From positions 128,404-192,403 of the forward strand of contig NZ_JBDUYN010000009.1 in assembly GCF_039944555.1 (NCBI RefSeq): 64,000 nt of DNA. Reading direction: 5' to 3'. The notes beneath the pieces were generated by a model. The model made no database searches, was not told the DNA's origin, and was given only the letters and a program-made list of their open reading frames with translations. Position 1 is the stretch's first letter. The number at the start of each line of letters is the position of its first letter. This DNA comes from Reichenbachiella sp. (lineage in GTDB: Bacteria > Bacteroidota > Bacteroidia > Cytophagales > Cyclobacteriaceae). This document shows positions 1 through 11,380 of this stretch, in pieces. Made by a program: the position numbers and the translations under genes.

Positions 1-795
1 GACGTGGTGTTCCCAATTCTTCACGGACCTCTCGGTGAAGATGGCACCATTCAAGGCCTGCTCAAATTAGCCAATATTCCTTTCGTTGGAGCGGGGGTGT
101 TAGGTTCAGCTGTTGGAATGGATAAAGACGTGATGAAAAGATTGCTCAGAGATGCCGGACTTCCTATTGGGAAATATCTAGCCTTACGCTCACACCAGCA
201 GCGCCCTACTTTCGAAGACGTGGCCAAGGAACTTGGAGTACCGTGCTTTGTGAAACCGGCTAATTTAGGCTCGTCTGTGGGTATTAATAGAGTAGATAAT
301 CAGGAACAATATATCAACGCCTTAGATGAGGCATTTTCATTTGATCATAAAATAATTATTGAAGAATTCATAGATGGACGAGAAATAGAATGCGCAATAC
401 TGGGAAATGAAAACCCTAAAGCTTCAATTCCAGGAGAAATATCGTTCACTCACAGTTTCTATTCGTATGAAGCTAAGTACCTTGATGATCAAGGGTATAA
501 GATAGATATCCCGGCCAACATTACTGAAGAGCAAATCATGGCAGTTCAGAAAATTGCCATTCAAACTTTTCAAATACTTGAATGTGAAGGATTTGCAAGA
601 GTAGACGTATTTCTTACAAAAGATGGAAAAATACTGGTGAATGAGATAAATACAATTCCCGGCTTCACCCAAATTAGTATGTATCCAAAACTCTGGGAGG
701 CTTCAGGCCTAGCTTATTCTGATTTAATAGATGAATTGCTGCAATTGGCCATCTCCAGATTTGAAAAGGAAAAACAAATCAGAAGCTCGGTTTAG
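1..795 (+). CDS. ddl: D-alanine--D-alanine ligase (5' truncated by window edge)
   Basis: Motifs [42 protein letters not shown] and [17 protein letters not shown]; frame is open from base 1. Confidence 0.95.
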   Translation, partial: DVVFPILHGPLGEDGTIQGLLKLANIPFVGAGVLGSAVGMDKDVMKRLLRDAGLPIGKYLALRSHQQRPTFEDVAKELGVPCFVKPANLGSSVGINRVDNQEQYINALDEAFSFDHKIIIEEFIDGREIECAILGNENPKASIPGEISFTHSFYSYEAKYLDDQGYKIDIPANITEEQIMAVQKIAIQTFQILECEGFARVDVFLTKDGKILVNEINTIPGFTQISMYPKLWEASGLAYSDLIDELLQLAISRFEKEKQIRSSV

Positions 796-796
796 T

Positions 797-3700
797 TTAG
801 TGCATAATCATGACTTTGCTAGACAGGTTTGTGAAATTACCTAGTACCTGCAGCACGTAAATACCACTATTTGCTACGTTCAAATTGTCTATTCGATAAA
901 CTTGATTAAGTGTGTTCGGAAATGATTGTTCTGCCATAATCTCTCCATCAAGACCAACAACACGAATCAATACCTCTTCTTTAATATTGAAATTGAATTT
1001 AACCTCTAAATGATCTGAAGCTGGATTTGGGAAACTCCTTAATGATTCGGTGATCTCTACAGGGTTTTCATCATCCGAAACATAAAGTTCGACATTATCC
1101 AGATAAAGATTATTTCCATTTTGATTGGTCACCACAAATGCAAGTCGAATATCCGAGTCACCGACAAATTCATTTAAGTTGATAAATTCTCTACGCCAAT
1201 CCGTGTCGGCTTCAGGAAGCCATGTCGTTTCACTTTGTGCGACTGCTAGCTCCCCTCCTTTCTTATTATATACTTCTACATCATACGACTTACCACAATT
1301 CGTAGAAGCCAATACCCTCAACTGATCGTTTCTACCTGTTCTGTTGGCATAGGACACATCGAAAGTCATGGACGCAACGTCTGTCTCAGACAAATCCAGT
1401 AATGGACTCACAAACCAATTTTCTACTCCCAATTCCAGCACATCATGACCTTTGAATACTAAGGCATAATCGCTTGTATTTCCTTCTCGAAATTCTGAAA
1501 TCTCCCAATCACTCAGTGCGTCTGTTCGAATAAAATGCCAATCGGATGACTCAAGTGTTTTGGAGAATCGTTCGCGTATAGGAATGGTCTCTATACCATT
1601 GTTAATAGCAAAAAATGTTACCACCTTATCATTAGTCGTATCTTCATCGGCCACTCCATTAGGCTTGCTTGATTCAATAGAAATTTGATAACTGCCATCC
1701 ATAATATTAAAAGATTCTATCTCAACAACTTCAGTTTTACCAGGATCCAAAGTCAAATTAGTAATTGGTGTTTCTAGCTGACGAATATCAAATGCATAAC
1801 TAACGCTAAAATTATTAACGGTTTTTTTACCATAATTTTTCACATAAACCTGCATGGTCATATCTTCCAAACAGGTAACGACAGGTATATCATCGACTTT
1901 CACAATACCAACATCATATTCGTTTGCGGCGCTTGAAAATATCTCTATGTCATCTAAGTACAACTTATTTCCGCCTCCATTGTTTCCAATAAAAGCAAGT
2001 ACCACTTCAGAGTAATCTGCAAATTCCCCAAAATTCTTTTCGACTTCCAACCAGTCGCTGGGGTCGCTAGGTACAAACAACGAACTGGTCGAACTTGTAG
2101 TAGCCAACGAAGCACCAATTTTCTGAAACAGAATATTTTCTTCAGGAAACGTTGCACCGCAGTCAGTAGATACCACAACCGTAAGTGCATCGCTGTAATT
2201 ATTCGGAAAACCTGAATAGGCATATTTGAATTTTAAGTCTGCCGTGGCAAGACCAGACAAGTCTAAAACCGGACTTATTAAATAATCAAGTTCTCCAAAT
2301 GATCCAGCAGGTGCTCCATAGTAGCTCAAGATGGCTGCTTCATTGTTTGCCGTGATGTTTGGAGCCATACCATAGCTCCAGGCAGAAGGATTGTTTTTAC
2401 TATTCTTTAACTTCCAAAGAACGCTGGCTGAGCTACTGGTCCCCGTAAATTCGTCTACAAACGGCACTGTCTGAGTTGATGGAAAAAAAGTGTTTATCCA
2501 TTGACAGTCATTATCCGAATTGCCATCACCTCCTCCGTTTACTTGGTTTACTTTAAATGATACTTGTTGAGCTTCAGACGAAACATTAACCGAGGAAAAG
2601 CTTACGAAGAGTGTTTGCAACGAGGTTAAAGGCTCTTCAAATAGTTGCGTTTGAATTACTTCTTCATCTACGAGTAAATCCAGGCTAAAACTGTTAATCG
2701 TATTTGAGCCATAGTTTCTAACCTCTATCTCTGGAACAATGGTTACACTGCAATTTCCAAATGCGGGTGACTGAATGGATTTAATTCCTAAGTCATTTGC
2801 GACCTGGACGACTGTCGCCGCTCCCTGACTACTCAATAATTCCTTTCTTCTAGGACTATTTTCAAGTACAGTTCGCATACGATCTCCTTGGCAATTAGTA
2901 AACAAATTCATGCACTCATCATCAGTATAGTCCATGTAGTTTTGAAACATATCCACAGAGCCACAAGAACTTTGACTTATCGAAGGGCAACCAGATGAGC
3001 TACTCCCTTGTGTAGGCGTATCATTGCAAAAATCATCTACACTGCAACCTCCATCTCCCCAGATATGGCGTAACCCCATCCAATGACCTATTTCATGAGT
3101 CAACGTTCTTCCCTTTGAAAATTCATCAGCATTATGACCTGTCCCAAAATATTCAAAGTCTAGGTATACACCATCAATCTTTCGGTTGAGGTTTGGGTCT
3201 TCATCCATTCCAGGCTCATTGGAAATTGGAAATTTTGCAAAACCCAACAGTCCGTTACTTAGATTCGCAACCCAAATATTAAAATATTCTTCAGCAGGCC
3301 AATAGCTATTAGCTGCTAATGCCACAGCTTCATTTATAGTAAAATTAGATTGATTGCCTTGTACGCGTATAATGCCATTAGTTGGAAGACCTTCAGGATC
3401 TCTCTTTGCTAAAACGAATTCTATCTTGACATCCGCGGCATCAGTTAAGAAACCGGACGGTGTATTGGACTGATCTACGTTCAAACGTCTAAAGTCATTA
3501 TTTAAGGAATCAATTTGATTGAATATTTGCTCATCCGGAATATTAGATGCAACTCCTATTGATTCTCCATTGTGAATGACATGAACAACAATTGGTATTT
3601 GATATACAGTTTCACTTTGAAGGTCCAAATAGCGGCCCTGAACTTGTTTTTGGTTCATTTTGGTTTTTAACCAATCCTCGAATTGTATTTTGGAAAATTC

Positions 3701-3904
3701 AGAGCTTAGTCCAGCTGGCGCCTTATTGAATTGCATGGTACCACATCTATCTTGGGAATAAGATAATGCTGGAATTACAAATAAAATTAAGAATATTAAG
3801 TATTTCAAGTCAAGAACGTTTCTTAATAATTGTCTTGAGAAAACGTTCATCTTCTCAAATAATTGGATAGGCGCGTTGAAACTTCTCTTAGCTAACAGGC
3901 GCAA
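797..3904 (-). CDS. Secreted M43 (pappalysin-like) zinc metalloprotease with repeated beta-sandwich modules and T9SS C-terminal domain
   Basis: HEIGHWMGLRHIWGD Zn motif, NYMDY Met-turn, IPIVVHVI..G, C-terminal FPNPA...GIYVLQV. True start is probably 3850 (ATG) or 3808 (TTG, LKYLIFLILFVIPALSYSQ signal peptide) because the ORF-track start overlaps NifU. Confidence 0.88.
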   Translation of the reverse strand: MRLLAKRSFNAPIQLFEKMNVFSRQLLRNVLDLKYLIFLILFVIPALSYSQDRCGTMQFNKAPAGLSSEFSKIQFEDWLKTKMNQKQVQGRYLDLQSETVYQIPIVVHVIHNGESIGVASNIPDEQIFNQIDSLNNDFRRLNVDQSNTPSGFLTDAADVKIEFVLAKRDPEGLPTNGIIRVQGNQSNFTINEAVALAANSYWPAEEYFNIWVANLSNGLLGFAKFPISNEPGMDEDPNLNRKIDGVYLDFEYFGTGHNADEFSKGRTLTHEIGHWMGLRHIWGDGGCSVDDFCNDTPTQGSSSSGCPSISQSSCGSVDMFQNYMDYTDDECMNLFTNCQGDRMRTVLENSPRRKELLSSQGAATVVQVANDLGIKSIQSPAFGNCSVTIVPEIEVRNYGSNTINSFSLDLLVDEEVIQTQLFEEPLTSLQTLFVSFSSVNVSSEAQQVSFKVNQVNGGGDGNSDNDCQWINTFFPSTQTVPFVDEFTGTSSSASVLWKLKNSKNNPSAWSYGMAPNITANNEAAILSYYGAPAGSFGELDYLISPVLDLSGLATADLKFKYAYSGFPNNYSDALTVVVSTDCGATFPEENILFQKIGASLATTSSTSSLFVPSDPSDWLEVEKNFGEFADYSEVVLAFIGNNGGGNKLYLDDIEIFSSAANEYDVGIVKVDDIPVVTCLEDMTMQVYVKNYGKKTVNNFSVSYAFDIRQLETPITNLTLDPGKTEVVEIESFNIMDGSYQISIESSKPNGVADEDTTNDKVVTFFAINNGIETIPIRERFSKTLESSDWHFIRTDALSDWEISEFREGNTSDYALVFKGHDVLELGVENWFVSPLLDLSETDVASMTFDVSYANRTGRNDQLRVLASTNCGKSYDVEVYNKKGGELAVAQSETTWLPEADTDWRREFINLNEFVGDSDIRLAFVVTNQNGNNLYLDNVELYVSDDENPVEITESLRSFPNPASDHLEVKFNFNIKEEVLIRVVGLDGEIMAEQSFPNTLNQVYRIDNLNVANSGIYVLQVLGNFTNLSSKVMIMH

Positions 3905-4160
3905 TATTGACAGCGTTAATGGACTTTACTTCAGGAGCTACTCTCTTGACTGCTTCTTCTATTCCCGCTTTCATGGTCATTGGTGACATAGGGCACGCTT
4001 CGCAGGCTCCCAAAAGTTCTACCTGAACCACAAATTCATCATCAATATCAAGCAATTTCACGTCACCGCCATCAGCCTCAAGATAAGGCCTGATATTATT
4101 GATCGCCTGATCAATCTTCGCTAATAGCTCTTGTTTTGTATTTGCATCCATCTGTGTCAA
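3888..4160 (-). CDS. NifU/NfuA-type Fe-S carrier protein
   Basis: IRPYLEADGGDV and GACEACPMSPMTMKAGIE (CxxC). Confidence 0.9.
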   Translation of the reverse strand: MTQMDANTKQELLAKIDQAINNIRPYLEADGGDVKLLDIDDEFVVQVELLGACEACPMSPMTMKAGIEEAVKRVAPEVKSINAVNIAPVS

Positions 4161-4178
4161 TGACTTGTTAAGGTAAAT

Positions 4179-5291
4179 TTAGTTCATTTGAACGATCTTT
4201 GTCTTCTCTTTCGAGGCATTTCTAATGGCCACTCTCCTAGCCACTCCTTGTGCCAGCTCACTGAAGGCCTCTTCAGTCACTCCATCTTTCATCACCGCGG
4301 GATAACCGCTATCTCCGCTTTCACGGATTGATTGCACTAAAGGAATTTCCCCTAAGAAGGGAATTTCGTATTTCTCAGCCAATGTTCTTCCTCCACCCTG
4401 TCCGAACAAATAATACTTATTGTCAGGTAATTCTTCTGGTGTGAAATAAGCCATGTTTTCAACAACACCCAATAATGGCACATTGATTTGAGGTTGCTTA
4501 AACATTGCCAACCCTTTCTGTGCATCAGCAATCGCTACTTTTTGTGGAGTCGTAACTATCACAGCTCCTGTCACCGGTACTGATTGTACCAACGTCAAGT
4601 GGATGTCACTAGTTCCAGGAGGAAGGTCGATCAGCAAATAATCTAATTCTCCCCATTTCACATCACTAATGAATTGCTTAAGTGCCGAACTTGCCATAGG
4701 GCCTCTCCAGATGATCGCATTATCCTTTGGAGTCAAAAATCCAATGGAAAGCAACTTTACTCCATATTTTTCAATTGGAATCAGCATATTCTTTCCATTC
4801 TCTTCAACCATATTTGGTTGTTCATGCTCGCAATCAAACATTGTAGGCATGGATGGCCCAAAAATATCCGCGTCAATCACTCCTACACTAGCACCCGTTT
4901 TGGCCAAAGCTACTGCCAGATTTGCTGTCACTGTTGACTTACCTACTCCCCCTTTACCTGAAGCTACAGCAATTATATTTTTGACATTTGGCAAAATCAT
5001 TGACTTACTTCTCACACTTGTCACATTCGAAGTCATTTCAATGTTGATCTTTAAATCGCCAGTGATCGGCTCTAGAGCTTTTAAACAATCATTTTTAATG
5101 AGTTCCTTCAGAGGGCAGGCCGGGGTCGTGAGTACCACTGAAAAATTTAATTCCTTTTCTGAAATTTGAATATTTTCAATCATACCCAGTGTAACTAAAT
5201 CCTTCTTCAGATCCGGGTCCTGAACCTTAGTCAACGCCTGCAATACTTCCTTTTCTGTGATTTTCAAGATTAAAAATGGCTCGTTATACAA
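4179..5291 (-). CDS. mrp: Mrp/NBP35 (ApbC) Fe-S carrier ATPase with N-terminal DUF59
   Basis: LTTPACPL, IAVASGKGGVGKST, WRGPM, DLPPGTSD, GVVENM; exact start uncertain. Confidence 0.92.
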   Translation of the reverse strand: MYNEPFLILKITEKEVLQALTKVQDPDLKKDLVTLGMIENIQISEKELNFSVVLTTPACPLKELIKNDCLKALEPITGDLKINIEMTSNVTSVRSKSMILPNVKNIIAVASGKGGVGKSTVTANLAVALAKTGASVGVIDADIFGPSMPTMFDCEHEQPNMVEENGKNMLIPIEKYGVKLLSIGFLTPKDNAIIWRGPMASSALKQFISDVKWGELDYLLIDLPPGTSDIHLTLVQSVPVTGAVIVTTPQKVAIADAQKGLAMFKQPQINVPLLGVVENMAYFTPEELPDNKYYLFGQGGGRTLAEKYEIPFLGEIPLVQSIRESGDSGYPAVMKDGVTEEAFSELAQGVARRVAIRNASKEKTKIVQMN

Positions 5292-5351
5292 TTTTTTTGC
5301 AAGTTAAGTGATATCCCTGTTTTTGTATCACATAATCAGGCAATTTCGTTT

Positions 5352-5359
5352 TAGATTTG
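5352..5359 (+). promoter_or_regulatory. Bacteroidota sigma70 -7 box upstream of dnaG
   Basis: TAGATTTG(C) matches TAnnTTTG, 38 nt upstream of TTG at 5398. Confidence 0.5.
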
Positions 5360-5397
5360 CACTCCCATACGGGAAAAAAAATAATCCATACAGTTAC

Positions 5398-7317
5398 TTG
5401 ATCAAAAGTCAGACCATAGAAGAAATCAAAAGCCGGATGGATATCTATGAAGTTGTCAGTGACTTCGTTGCCTTAAAAAAATCAGGATCCAGCTATAAAG
5501 CGCTTAGTCCATTTACGAATGAGAAAACGCCATCCTTCATGGTATCTCCGGCAAAGGGCATATTCAAATGCTTCAGCACGGGAAAAGGAGGTGACGCCAT
5601 TTCATTTTTGATGGAAGTTGATGGGCTTAGTTATCTAGAAGCTCTGAAATATCTCGCTCAGAAGTACGCAATTACAATTGAGGAAGATGAGGCTGACCCA
5701 AACTATCTTGCTGAACAAAGTATACGTGAAAGCCTTTTTATTACACTCAATTTTGCCAAGGATCATTTCATTGAGAATTTATGGGCCTCAGATGAGGGCA
5801 AAAGCATCGGCCTCTCCTACTTCAAAGAACGAGGGTTCAGTGAAGATACCATAAAAAGATTTGATTTAGGTTATGCGCTGGATCAGTGGCAAGGCCTAAT
5901 GGATGCAGCCCAAGCTGCAGGTCACAAGGACGAATTTCTTGAACAAACCGGACTGAAGATTGTCAAGGAAGACAAAGCATACGATAGATTTCGGGGGCGA
6001 GTGGTTTTTCCGATTCACAACATTACCGGCAAAGTGATCGCCTTTGGTGCCAGAACGCTCAAAAGCAATGAAAAGGGCCCAAAATACATCAATAGCCCAG
6101 AGACGGAGCTTTATACAAAAAGTAAAATTCTTTATGGAATATTTCAAGCGAAAAATGAAATAAGAAATCAGGAAAACTGCTATCTGGTCGAGGGATATAC
6201 AGATGTCGTTTCATTGAGCCAGGCCGGAGTCACCAATGTGGTTGCCTCATCAGGTACTTCACTTACGGAGGATCAGATCAAGCTGATTCAGAGGTACTCT
6301 AAAAACGTAACAGTTCTTTTTGATGGCGACAAAGCCGGCATCAAGGCCTCTATGCGAGGAATTGACATGATGCTGACTGGTGGTCTGAACGTAAAAGCAG
6401 TACCATTCCCAGAAGGTGAGGATCCAGATAGTTATTCGAAACAATTAGGCGCAGCCGCATTCAAAGAGTACCTGGATGAAAATGCCCAAGACTTTATAGC
6501 CTTCAAAACTGGAGTATTCCTTAAAGAAGGAGGAGACGATCCGATTAAAAAAGCTGAAAGCATTAGAGAAATTGTTGAGAGTATTTCTCTCATACCTGAT
6601 CCTATCAAAAGAACCGTCTATATACAGGAATGTAGCAAACTTTTACATGTAGATGAGGGAACCCTTATAAGTGAGACCAATAAGCTTTTACTTAAAAGTA
6701 GTAAGGACAAGTGGGAAGCACCTCTACCCGATGTACCTGCCGAAGCTTATGAACCTCAGGAGTCGGAAACTAAAATTAGTGCTGATGAAATTATTCAGGT
6801 TCAGGAGCGCGAAAGTATCCGGATGTTGATTAATTATGGCTCGGAGGTTATTGAAGGGCTGGAAGGTGGTGAAATGCATCTGGCAGATTATTTTATGGCT
6901 GAATCTGAGGACATCAGTTTTGAAACGCCCGTTTATAATCAAATTCTTGAGATATTTCGATCGAATTTGGAAAACGGGCAAATCACTACGATCAAGCATT
7001 TTCTTGATCACGAGGACAAAGAGATCAAGCAAGCTGCAGTTGATTTATCCACCGAGCGTTACGAGATAAGCACCAATTGGTCTGAGAAATTTCAAATCAA
7101 TGTGGCACATGAGTCACACACATTAAAAAATTCAACATATACCAATATTTTAAGACTCAAATTCCGTATCATTCAAAAGATGATAGCTGAGAATATGGAA
7201 AACATTAAATCAGCAATCGAAGAAGAGCAAGTAAATAAATTTTTAAGTATCCAGGGTGATTTAAAAAATATGGAGATGACTATCGCCAAAACCCTAGGAA
7301 ATGTAACTGCGAAGTAA
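5398..7317 (+). CDS. dnaG: DNA primase
   Basis: Zn-finger region [43 protein letters not shown] and FDGDKAG, GEDPD. Start moved from 5308 to TTG 5398 ([10 protein letters not shown]) because the promoter box lies inside the longer ORF. Confidence 0.95.
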   Translation: MIKSQTIEEIKSRMDIYEVVSDFVALKKSGSSYKALSPFTNEKTPSFMVSPAKGIFKCFSTGKGGDAISFLMEVDGLSYLEALKYLAQKYAITIEEDEADPNYLAEQSIRESLFITLNFAKDHFIENLWASDEGKSIGLSYFKERGFSEDTIKRFDLGYALDQWQGLMDAAQAAGHKDEFLEQTGLKIVKEDKAYDRFRGRVVFPIHNITGKVIAFGARTLKSNEKGPKYINSPETELYTKSKILYGIFQAKNEIRNQENCYLVEGYTDVVSLSQAGVTNVVASSGTSLTEDQIKLIQRYSKNVTVLFDGDKAGIKASMRGIDMMLTGGLNVKAVPFPEGEDPDSYSKQLGAAAFKEYLDENAQDFIAFKTGVFLKEGGDDPIKKAESIREIVESISLIPDPIKRTVYIQECSKLLHVDEGTLISETNKLLLKSSKDKWEAPLPDVPAEAYEPQESETKISADEIIQVQERESIRMLINYGSEVIEGLEGGEMHLADYFMAESEDISFETPVYNQILEIFRSNLENGQITTIKHFLDHEDKEIKQAAVDLSTERYEISTNWSEKFQINVAHESHTLKNSTYTNILRLKFRIIQKMIAENMENIKSAIEEEQVNKFLSIQGDLKNMEMTIAKTLGNVTAK

Positions 7318-7328
7318 ACCCAAAAGAC

Positions 7329-8534
7329 ATGCTAGATAGTGTATCAGAAGCCATAGAGGCAATAAAGAATGGAGAAGTAATCATTGTGGTTGATGATGAA
7401 GATAGAGAGAATGAAGGAGATTTCATCTGTGCAGCTGAAAGCATCACTCCGGAAATTGTGAATTTCATGGCCACGCATGGAAGAGGCTTAATCTGTACCC
7501 CATTGATCGAAGAGCGATGTGATGAGCTGAACCTCGAATTAATGGTGGGAAAAAATACCGCCACACATGAAACGCCATTCACCGTCTCTGTTGACCTTAT
7601 TGGGTATGGTTGCACTACCGGTATTTCCGCAAGCGATAGAGCTAAGACCATAAAAGCACTAGTTGACCAGAATATAAAACCGGAAGAACTTGGAAGACCA
7701 GGTCACATTTTTCCTTTAAAAGCAAAAAAAGGGGGAGTTCTTCGAAGAGCTGGACACACAGAAGCAGCAATAGATTTGGCTCGTCTGGCAGGTATGTACC
7801 CAGCCGGTGTATTGGTAGAGATTATGAATGAGGATGGCACAATGGCCAGGCTCCCTGAGCTTAAAGTTGTTGCTGATAAATTCAAGTTGAAACTCATCTC
7901 CATCAAAGATTTGATTGCCTATCGAATGGAAAAAGAATCTTTGATAGAAAAGGAAATCAAGGTCGATATGCCTACAGAATGGGGTAATTTCAAAATGACG
8001 GCTTATAAGCAAATTAGTACAGGAGAACACCATCTTGCCTTGGTAAAGGGTAATTGGGAGAAAAATGAGCCCGTTATGGTTAGAGTGCATTCGTCTTGTC
8101 TGACCGGGGACATCTTCGGTTCTTGCAGATGCGACTGTGGAGAGCAATTGCACAATGCGATGAAAATGGTTGAAAAAGAAGGTAAAGGTGTAATCGTCTA
8201 TATGAACCAGGAAGGTCGTGGAATAGGATTGCTGAATAAATTAAAGGCCTACAAACTGCAAGAAGAAGGACTAGACACAGTGGAAGCAAATGAAAAATTG
8301 GGCTTTCAGGGAGATCACAGAGATTACGGCGTAGGTGCTCAAATTCTTCACGATCTTGGTGTTGAAAAAATCAAACTAATTACAAACAATCCTACAAAAA
8401 GAGTAGGATTAATGGGTTATGGCCTGGAAATTGTGGAGAATATTCCCATTGAAGTAGACCCCAATATTCACAATAAAAAATATTTGGAAACGAAACGAGA
8501 TAAAATGGGACATAGTATTTTAAAGAATGGTTAA
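7329..8534 (+). CDS. ribBA: Bifunctional 3,4-dihydroxy-2-butanone 4-phosphate synthase / GTP cyclohydrolase II
   Basis: [51 protein letters not shown]. Confidence 0.96.
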   Translation: MLDSVSEAIEAIKNGEVIIVVDDEDRENEGDFICAAESITPEIVNFMATHGRGLICTPLIEERCDELNLELMVGKNTATHETPFTVSVDLIGYGCTTGISASDRAKTIKALVDQNIKPEELGRPGHIFPLKAKKGGVLRRAGHTEAAIDLARLAGMYPAGVLVEIMNEDGTMARLPELKVVADKFKLKLISIKDLIAYRMEKESLIEKEIKVDMPTEWGNFKMTAYKQISTGEHHLALVKGNWEKNEPVMVRVHSSCLTGDIFGSCRCDCGEQLHNAMKMVEKEGKGVIVYMNQEGRGIGLLNKLKAYKLQEEGLDTVEANEKLGFQGDHRDYGVGAQILHDLGVEKIKLITNNPTKRVGLMGYGLEIVENIPIEVDPNIHNKKYLETKRDKMGHSILKNG

Positions 8535-9141
8535 AAAAGTATTCACATTTTGTTTACTCTGTACACTTGGGCTGCCGTATGGGTTTGCCCAGGAGTTTTC
8601 CGGACGTACATTTCACAAGGGCTGGCTAGTCACTGACAATCAGGATACTGTCCGGGGAGATGTGAAATACGATATGGAAACGAATGTTGTACAGGTGATC
8701 ATTGGTAAAGAAAAGGTCAATACTTATAGCAGTAAAAAAATTATCTATTTTGAAATCTACGATGGCATATTGAAAAGTTATCGTCAATTTTATGCTATTC
8801 CCTATCAGGTAGAGTCAAATTATAAAGTTCCAATCCTGTTTGAAGTGTTGTATGAAGGTGAGACTTCCCTACTCGTGAGAGAAAAAATAGTAATGACTAC
8901 CGACCCCTACAGTCAGGCCTATTTCAACGGCCCTGCAGCCACACAGGAACGTCTTTCTTTTACTTATTACTTTGTAGATACTAAAGGAAAAATGGTGATG
9001 TACAATGGTAAAAAGAATCATCTCTTTGAAATCTTATACAAGAATTCCGGTAAGGTTAAAGAGTATGTAAAGAGCAATAAGCTAAAGACGGACGAGATGA
9101 GAGATATCGTGAGAATAACTGCCTTTTACAACTCTCTCTAG
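8527..9141 (+). CDS. Secreted hypothetical protein
   Basis: 204 aa ORF with signal peptide-like N-terminus (..YGFAQ); overlaps the ribBA stop by 8 nt. Confidence 0.75.
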   Translation: MVKKVFTFCLLCTLGLPYGFAQEFSGRTFHKGWLVTDNQDTVRGDVKYDMETNVVQVIIGKEKVNTYSSKKIIYFEIYDGILKSYRQFYAIPYQVESNYKVPILFEVLYEGETSLLVREKIVMTTDPYSQAYFNGPAATQERLSFTYYFVDTKGKMVMYNGKKNHLFEILYKNSGKVKEYVKSNKLKTDEMRDIVRITAFYNSL

Positions 9142-9217
9142 CATCTTAACCTACTATTTTTCCGTTTCAGAAATTGCCGCAAAAATGGTAAATTAGCTAA
9201 CTTCTTAAACACCACAG

Positions 9218-9745
9218 ATGCTCATGAAATACTTATCCTTTTTATTTATTCTCGCCCTCTCTCTATTTGCTGGTTTCGGCTGTGGTAGTGATGATAATAA
9301 TGATCCTTATGAAGGAATACCAACCGGTGAGATTGTAGAATTAGACCTGCGCGATACTGCACTATCAGGCTCCGGTTCTTCAGGTGGTCGGTTTGCCGTA
9401 GGTCAAAAGTGGTGGAAGCACCAAAACGGACAATTCAGATACAATGGCACATGTAGTGAAGAAACTAAGGATATTAGCTTATCTGATATCTATTATGGTT
9501 TTTACTCTTCCAATCAATTTTTTATAAAAGAGGGATTAAATGGTGATCCGGAACTAGGCGGCAGTTGGCAGTGGGAAGATACTAACACAAAAGAGGCCTT
9601 ATTGATCAACTATTCAGATCTACGCGGACTGGAACTAAAGTTGAGAGCATTGAATAATGACAAACTCGTTTACCTTAGTGAAGTTGCCGTCGGTGAATGT
9701 ACAACCTTAATTTGGGAGGAACTGGGCGAACCTCAGACCGAATAA
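9218..9745 (+). CDS. Putative lipoprotein
   Basis: Hydrophobic leader then GFGC, followed by acidic GSDDNND typical of Bacteroidota surface lipoproteins. Confidence 0.7.
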   Translation: MLMKYLSFLFILALSLFAGFGCGSDDNNDPYEGIPTGEIVELDLRDTALSGSGSSGGRFAVGQKWWKHQNGQFRYNGTCSEETKDISLSDIYYGFYSSNQFFIKEGLNGDPELGGSWQWEDTNTKEALLINYSDLRGLELKLRALNNDKLVYLSEVAVGECTTLIWEELGEPQTE

Positions 9746-9945
9746 GAAGAGGGAATAAATACCAGGTCCTCACCCACCTTTAAAACCCTTGATATCAACA
9801 CCATCCTACAAGAATACCTGCAAGAGTAACCAGCTCATTCTGAAGGTTCTTGAATTAAATCTGTATCTTTTTATAAACAATTAAAACTATTCTACTGTCA
9901 CCTTCATCTTAATACCGAAACGCACAATTAACCGAAGAAGTATTT

Positions 9946-10560
9946 ATGGGTATGGCGACATTGCTAGACATTGCGATGAATCATTCAGAGAACATCATTG
10001 ACCGAGCCAAACTTGGAGATAAAGGCGCATTTAACAAGTTGGTGAGTCTTTGGCACAAAAGGATTTATAATTTTTCTCTGAAGTATTTCAATGATCACGA
10101 TCTGGCAATCGAAGCAACACAAAAAACCTTCATAAAGGTATTTGACCACCTGGGGCAATTGAAAGAGATTGAAAAATTCAAGTCTTGGATCTATGTGATT
10201 GCATTAAATCAATGTAGAGAAGAGGACCGGAAGTTTGGTCGTTTGTCTAAAATGTTTGTTTCTTCAGACGAGGTAAGTGAAGTCAAATACAAACAGGAAC
10301 ATACTACAAGTCCTGAGTCAGATTACGTCAGAACCGAAATGAGCGACATTGTGACACAGGCCATAAACGAACTAGGAGAAGAACAAAAGGCTGTTCTCAT
10401 TATGAAGGAATATGAGGGGCTTAAGTTCAGAGAAATTGCAGAAATATTGAGCGTTTCCGAAAATACGGTAAAATCCAGATTGTATTACGGGTTGAACCAT
10501 TTGAAAAAAATATTAGAAAAAAGTAGAGCATTTAATGAATCATACCATGATGGAAAATAA
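9946..10560 (+). CDS. ECF RNA polymerase sigma factor
   Basis: Region 2 (ATQKTFIK..FKSWIYVIALNQC) and region 4 (LKFREIAEILSVSENTVKSRL); start could be 9952 or 9976. Confidence 0.93.
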   Translation: MGMATLLDIAMNHSENIIDRAKLGDKGAFNKLVSLWHKRIYNFSLKYFNDHDLAIEATQKTFIKVFDHLGQLKEIEKFKSWIYVIALNQCREEDRKFGRLSKMFVSSDEVSEVKYKQEHTTSPESDYVRTEMSDIVTQAINELGEEQKAVLIMKEYEGLKFREIAEILSVSENTVKSRLYYGLNHLKKILEKSRAFNESYHDGK

Positions 10561-11371
10561 AATTGATGAGGCAAAAATCATCGACTACTTGTATGGTGAA
10601 TTGCCTAAGGAAGAATCAAAGGAAATAGAAAAAGCACTGAAAGGCAATCCAGAACTCAAAGCTGAGATTGAAGGCATGCAGGCCACTCGCGACGTGCTGG
10701 GGAAGCTGGAGGATAAAGAGATGATTGCCCCCACTTTCGTTTTTGATCAAAGGGCGAATTCCATTTCTTTCTTCCAATCTGACGCCTTCAAATGGGTAGG
10801 CTCAATAGCTGCCGGTTTGACCTTACTACTCCTGTCAGCAGCTCTTTTGAATTTCAATGTTTCGAACACAACTCAAGGCCTGCAAATTGGATTTGGAGAA
10901 TTGGCCCCATTGCAAGATGAAGAATTAAATAAAGAAAATGTGAAGGCATGGATGTCTGAGGTCATGAAGGATTACGAATCTTCGACTGATGAAAAAATCG
11001 CGGCAGTACAAACACAATTAAGTGCTGAAATGGAAAGTCAAGATCAGAAGAACATGACTCTGATGGCTGGCATGATGAAAAAACATGCAGCTGGTACGGG
11101 TCAACTCATGCAGCAATATGTCGCTCAGCTCAATGACGAAAACAAGGAAATTATTCAAAACTTTTTCACCGTTTCTTCAGAGAAGCAAAAGAAATATGTC
11201 AAAACCGTCATGGCAGATTTCAACGAGTTTTATCAAAATCAGAGAAACTATGACCTGAGATTGATAGAGACCAGCCTAAGTAAAATACAAAACAATCAGG
11301 ATGTAAAGCAGTTGGAACAGGACCAGCTACTTGCCAGCTTGTATGATATGGTCAAAACTCAGAGTAAATAA
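10535..11371 (+). CDS. Putative transmembrane anti-sigma factor
   Basis: Overlaps the ECF; N-terminal IIDYLYGELP..E..EIE..L, one TM (WVGSIAAGLTLLLLSAALL), helical C-terminal part. Confidence 0.75.
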   Translation: MNHTMMENKIDEAKIIDYLYGELPKEESKEIEKALKGNPELKAEIEGMQATRDVLGKLEDKEMIAPTFVFDQRANSISFFQSDAFKWVGSIAAGLTLLLLSAALLNFNVSNTTQGLQIGFGELAPLQDEELNKENVKAWMSEVMKDYESSTDEKIAAVQTQLSAEMESQDQKNMTLMAGMMKKHAAGTGQLMQQYVAQLNDENKEIIQNFFTVSSEKQKKYVKTVMADFNEFYQNQRNYDLRLIETSLSKIQNNQDVKQLEQDQLLASLYDMVKTQSK

Positions 11372-11380
11372 GAAAGCAGT

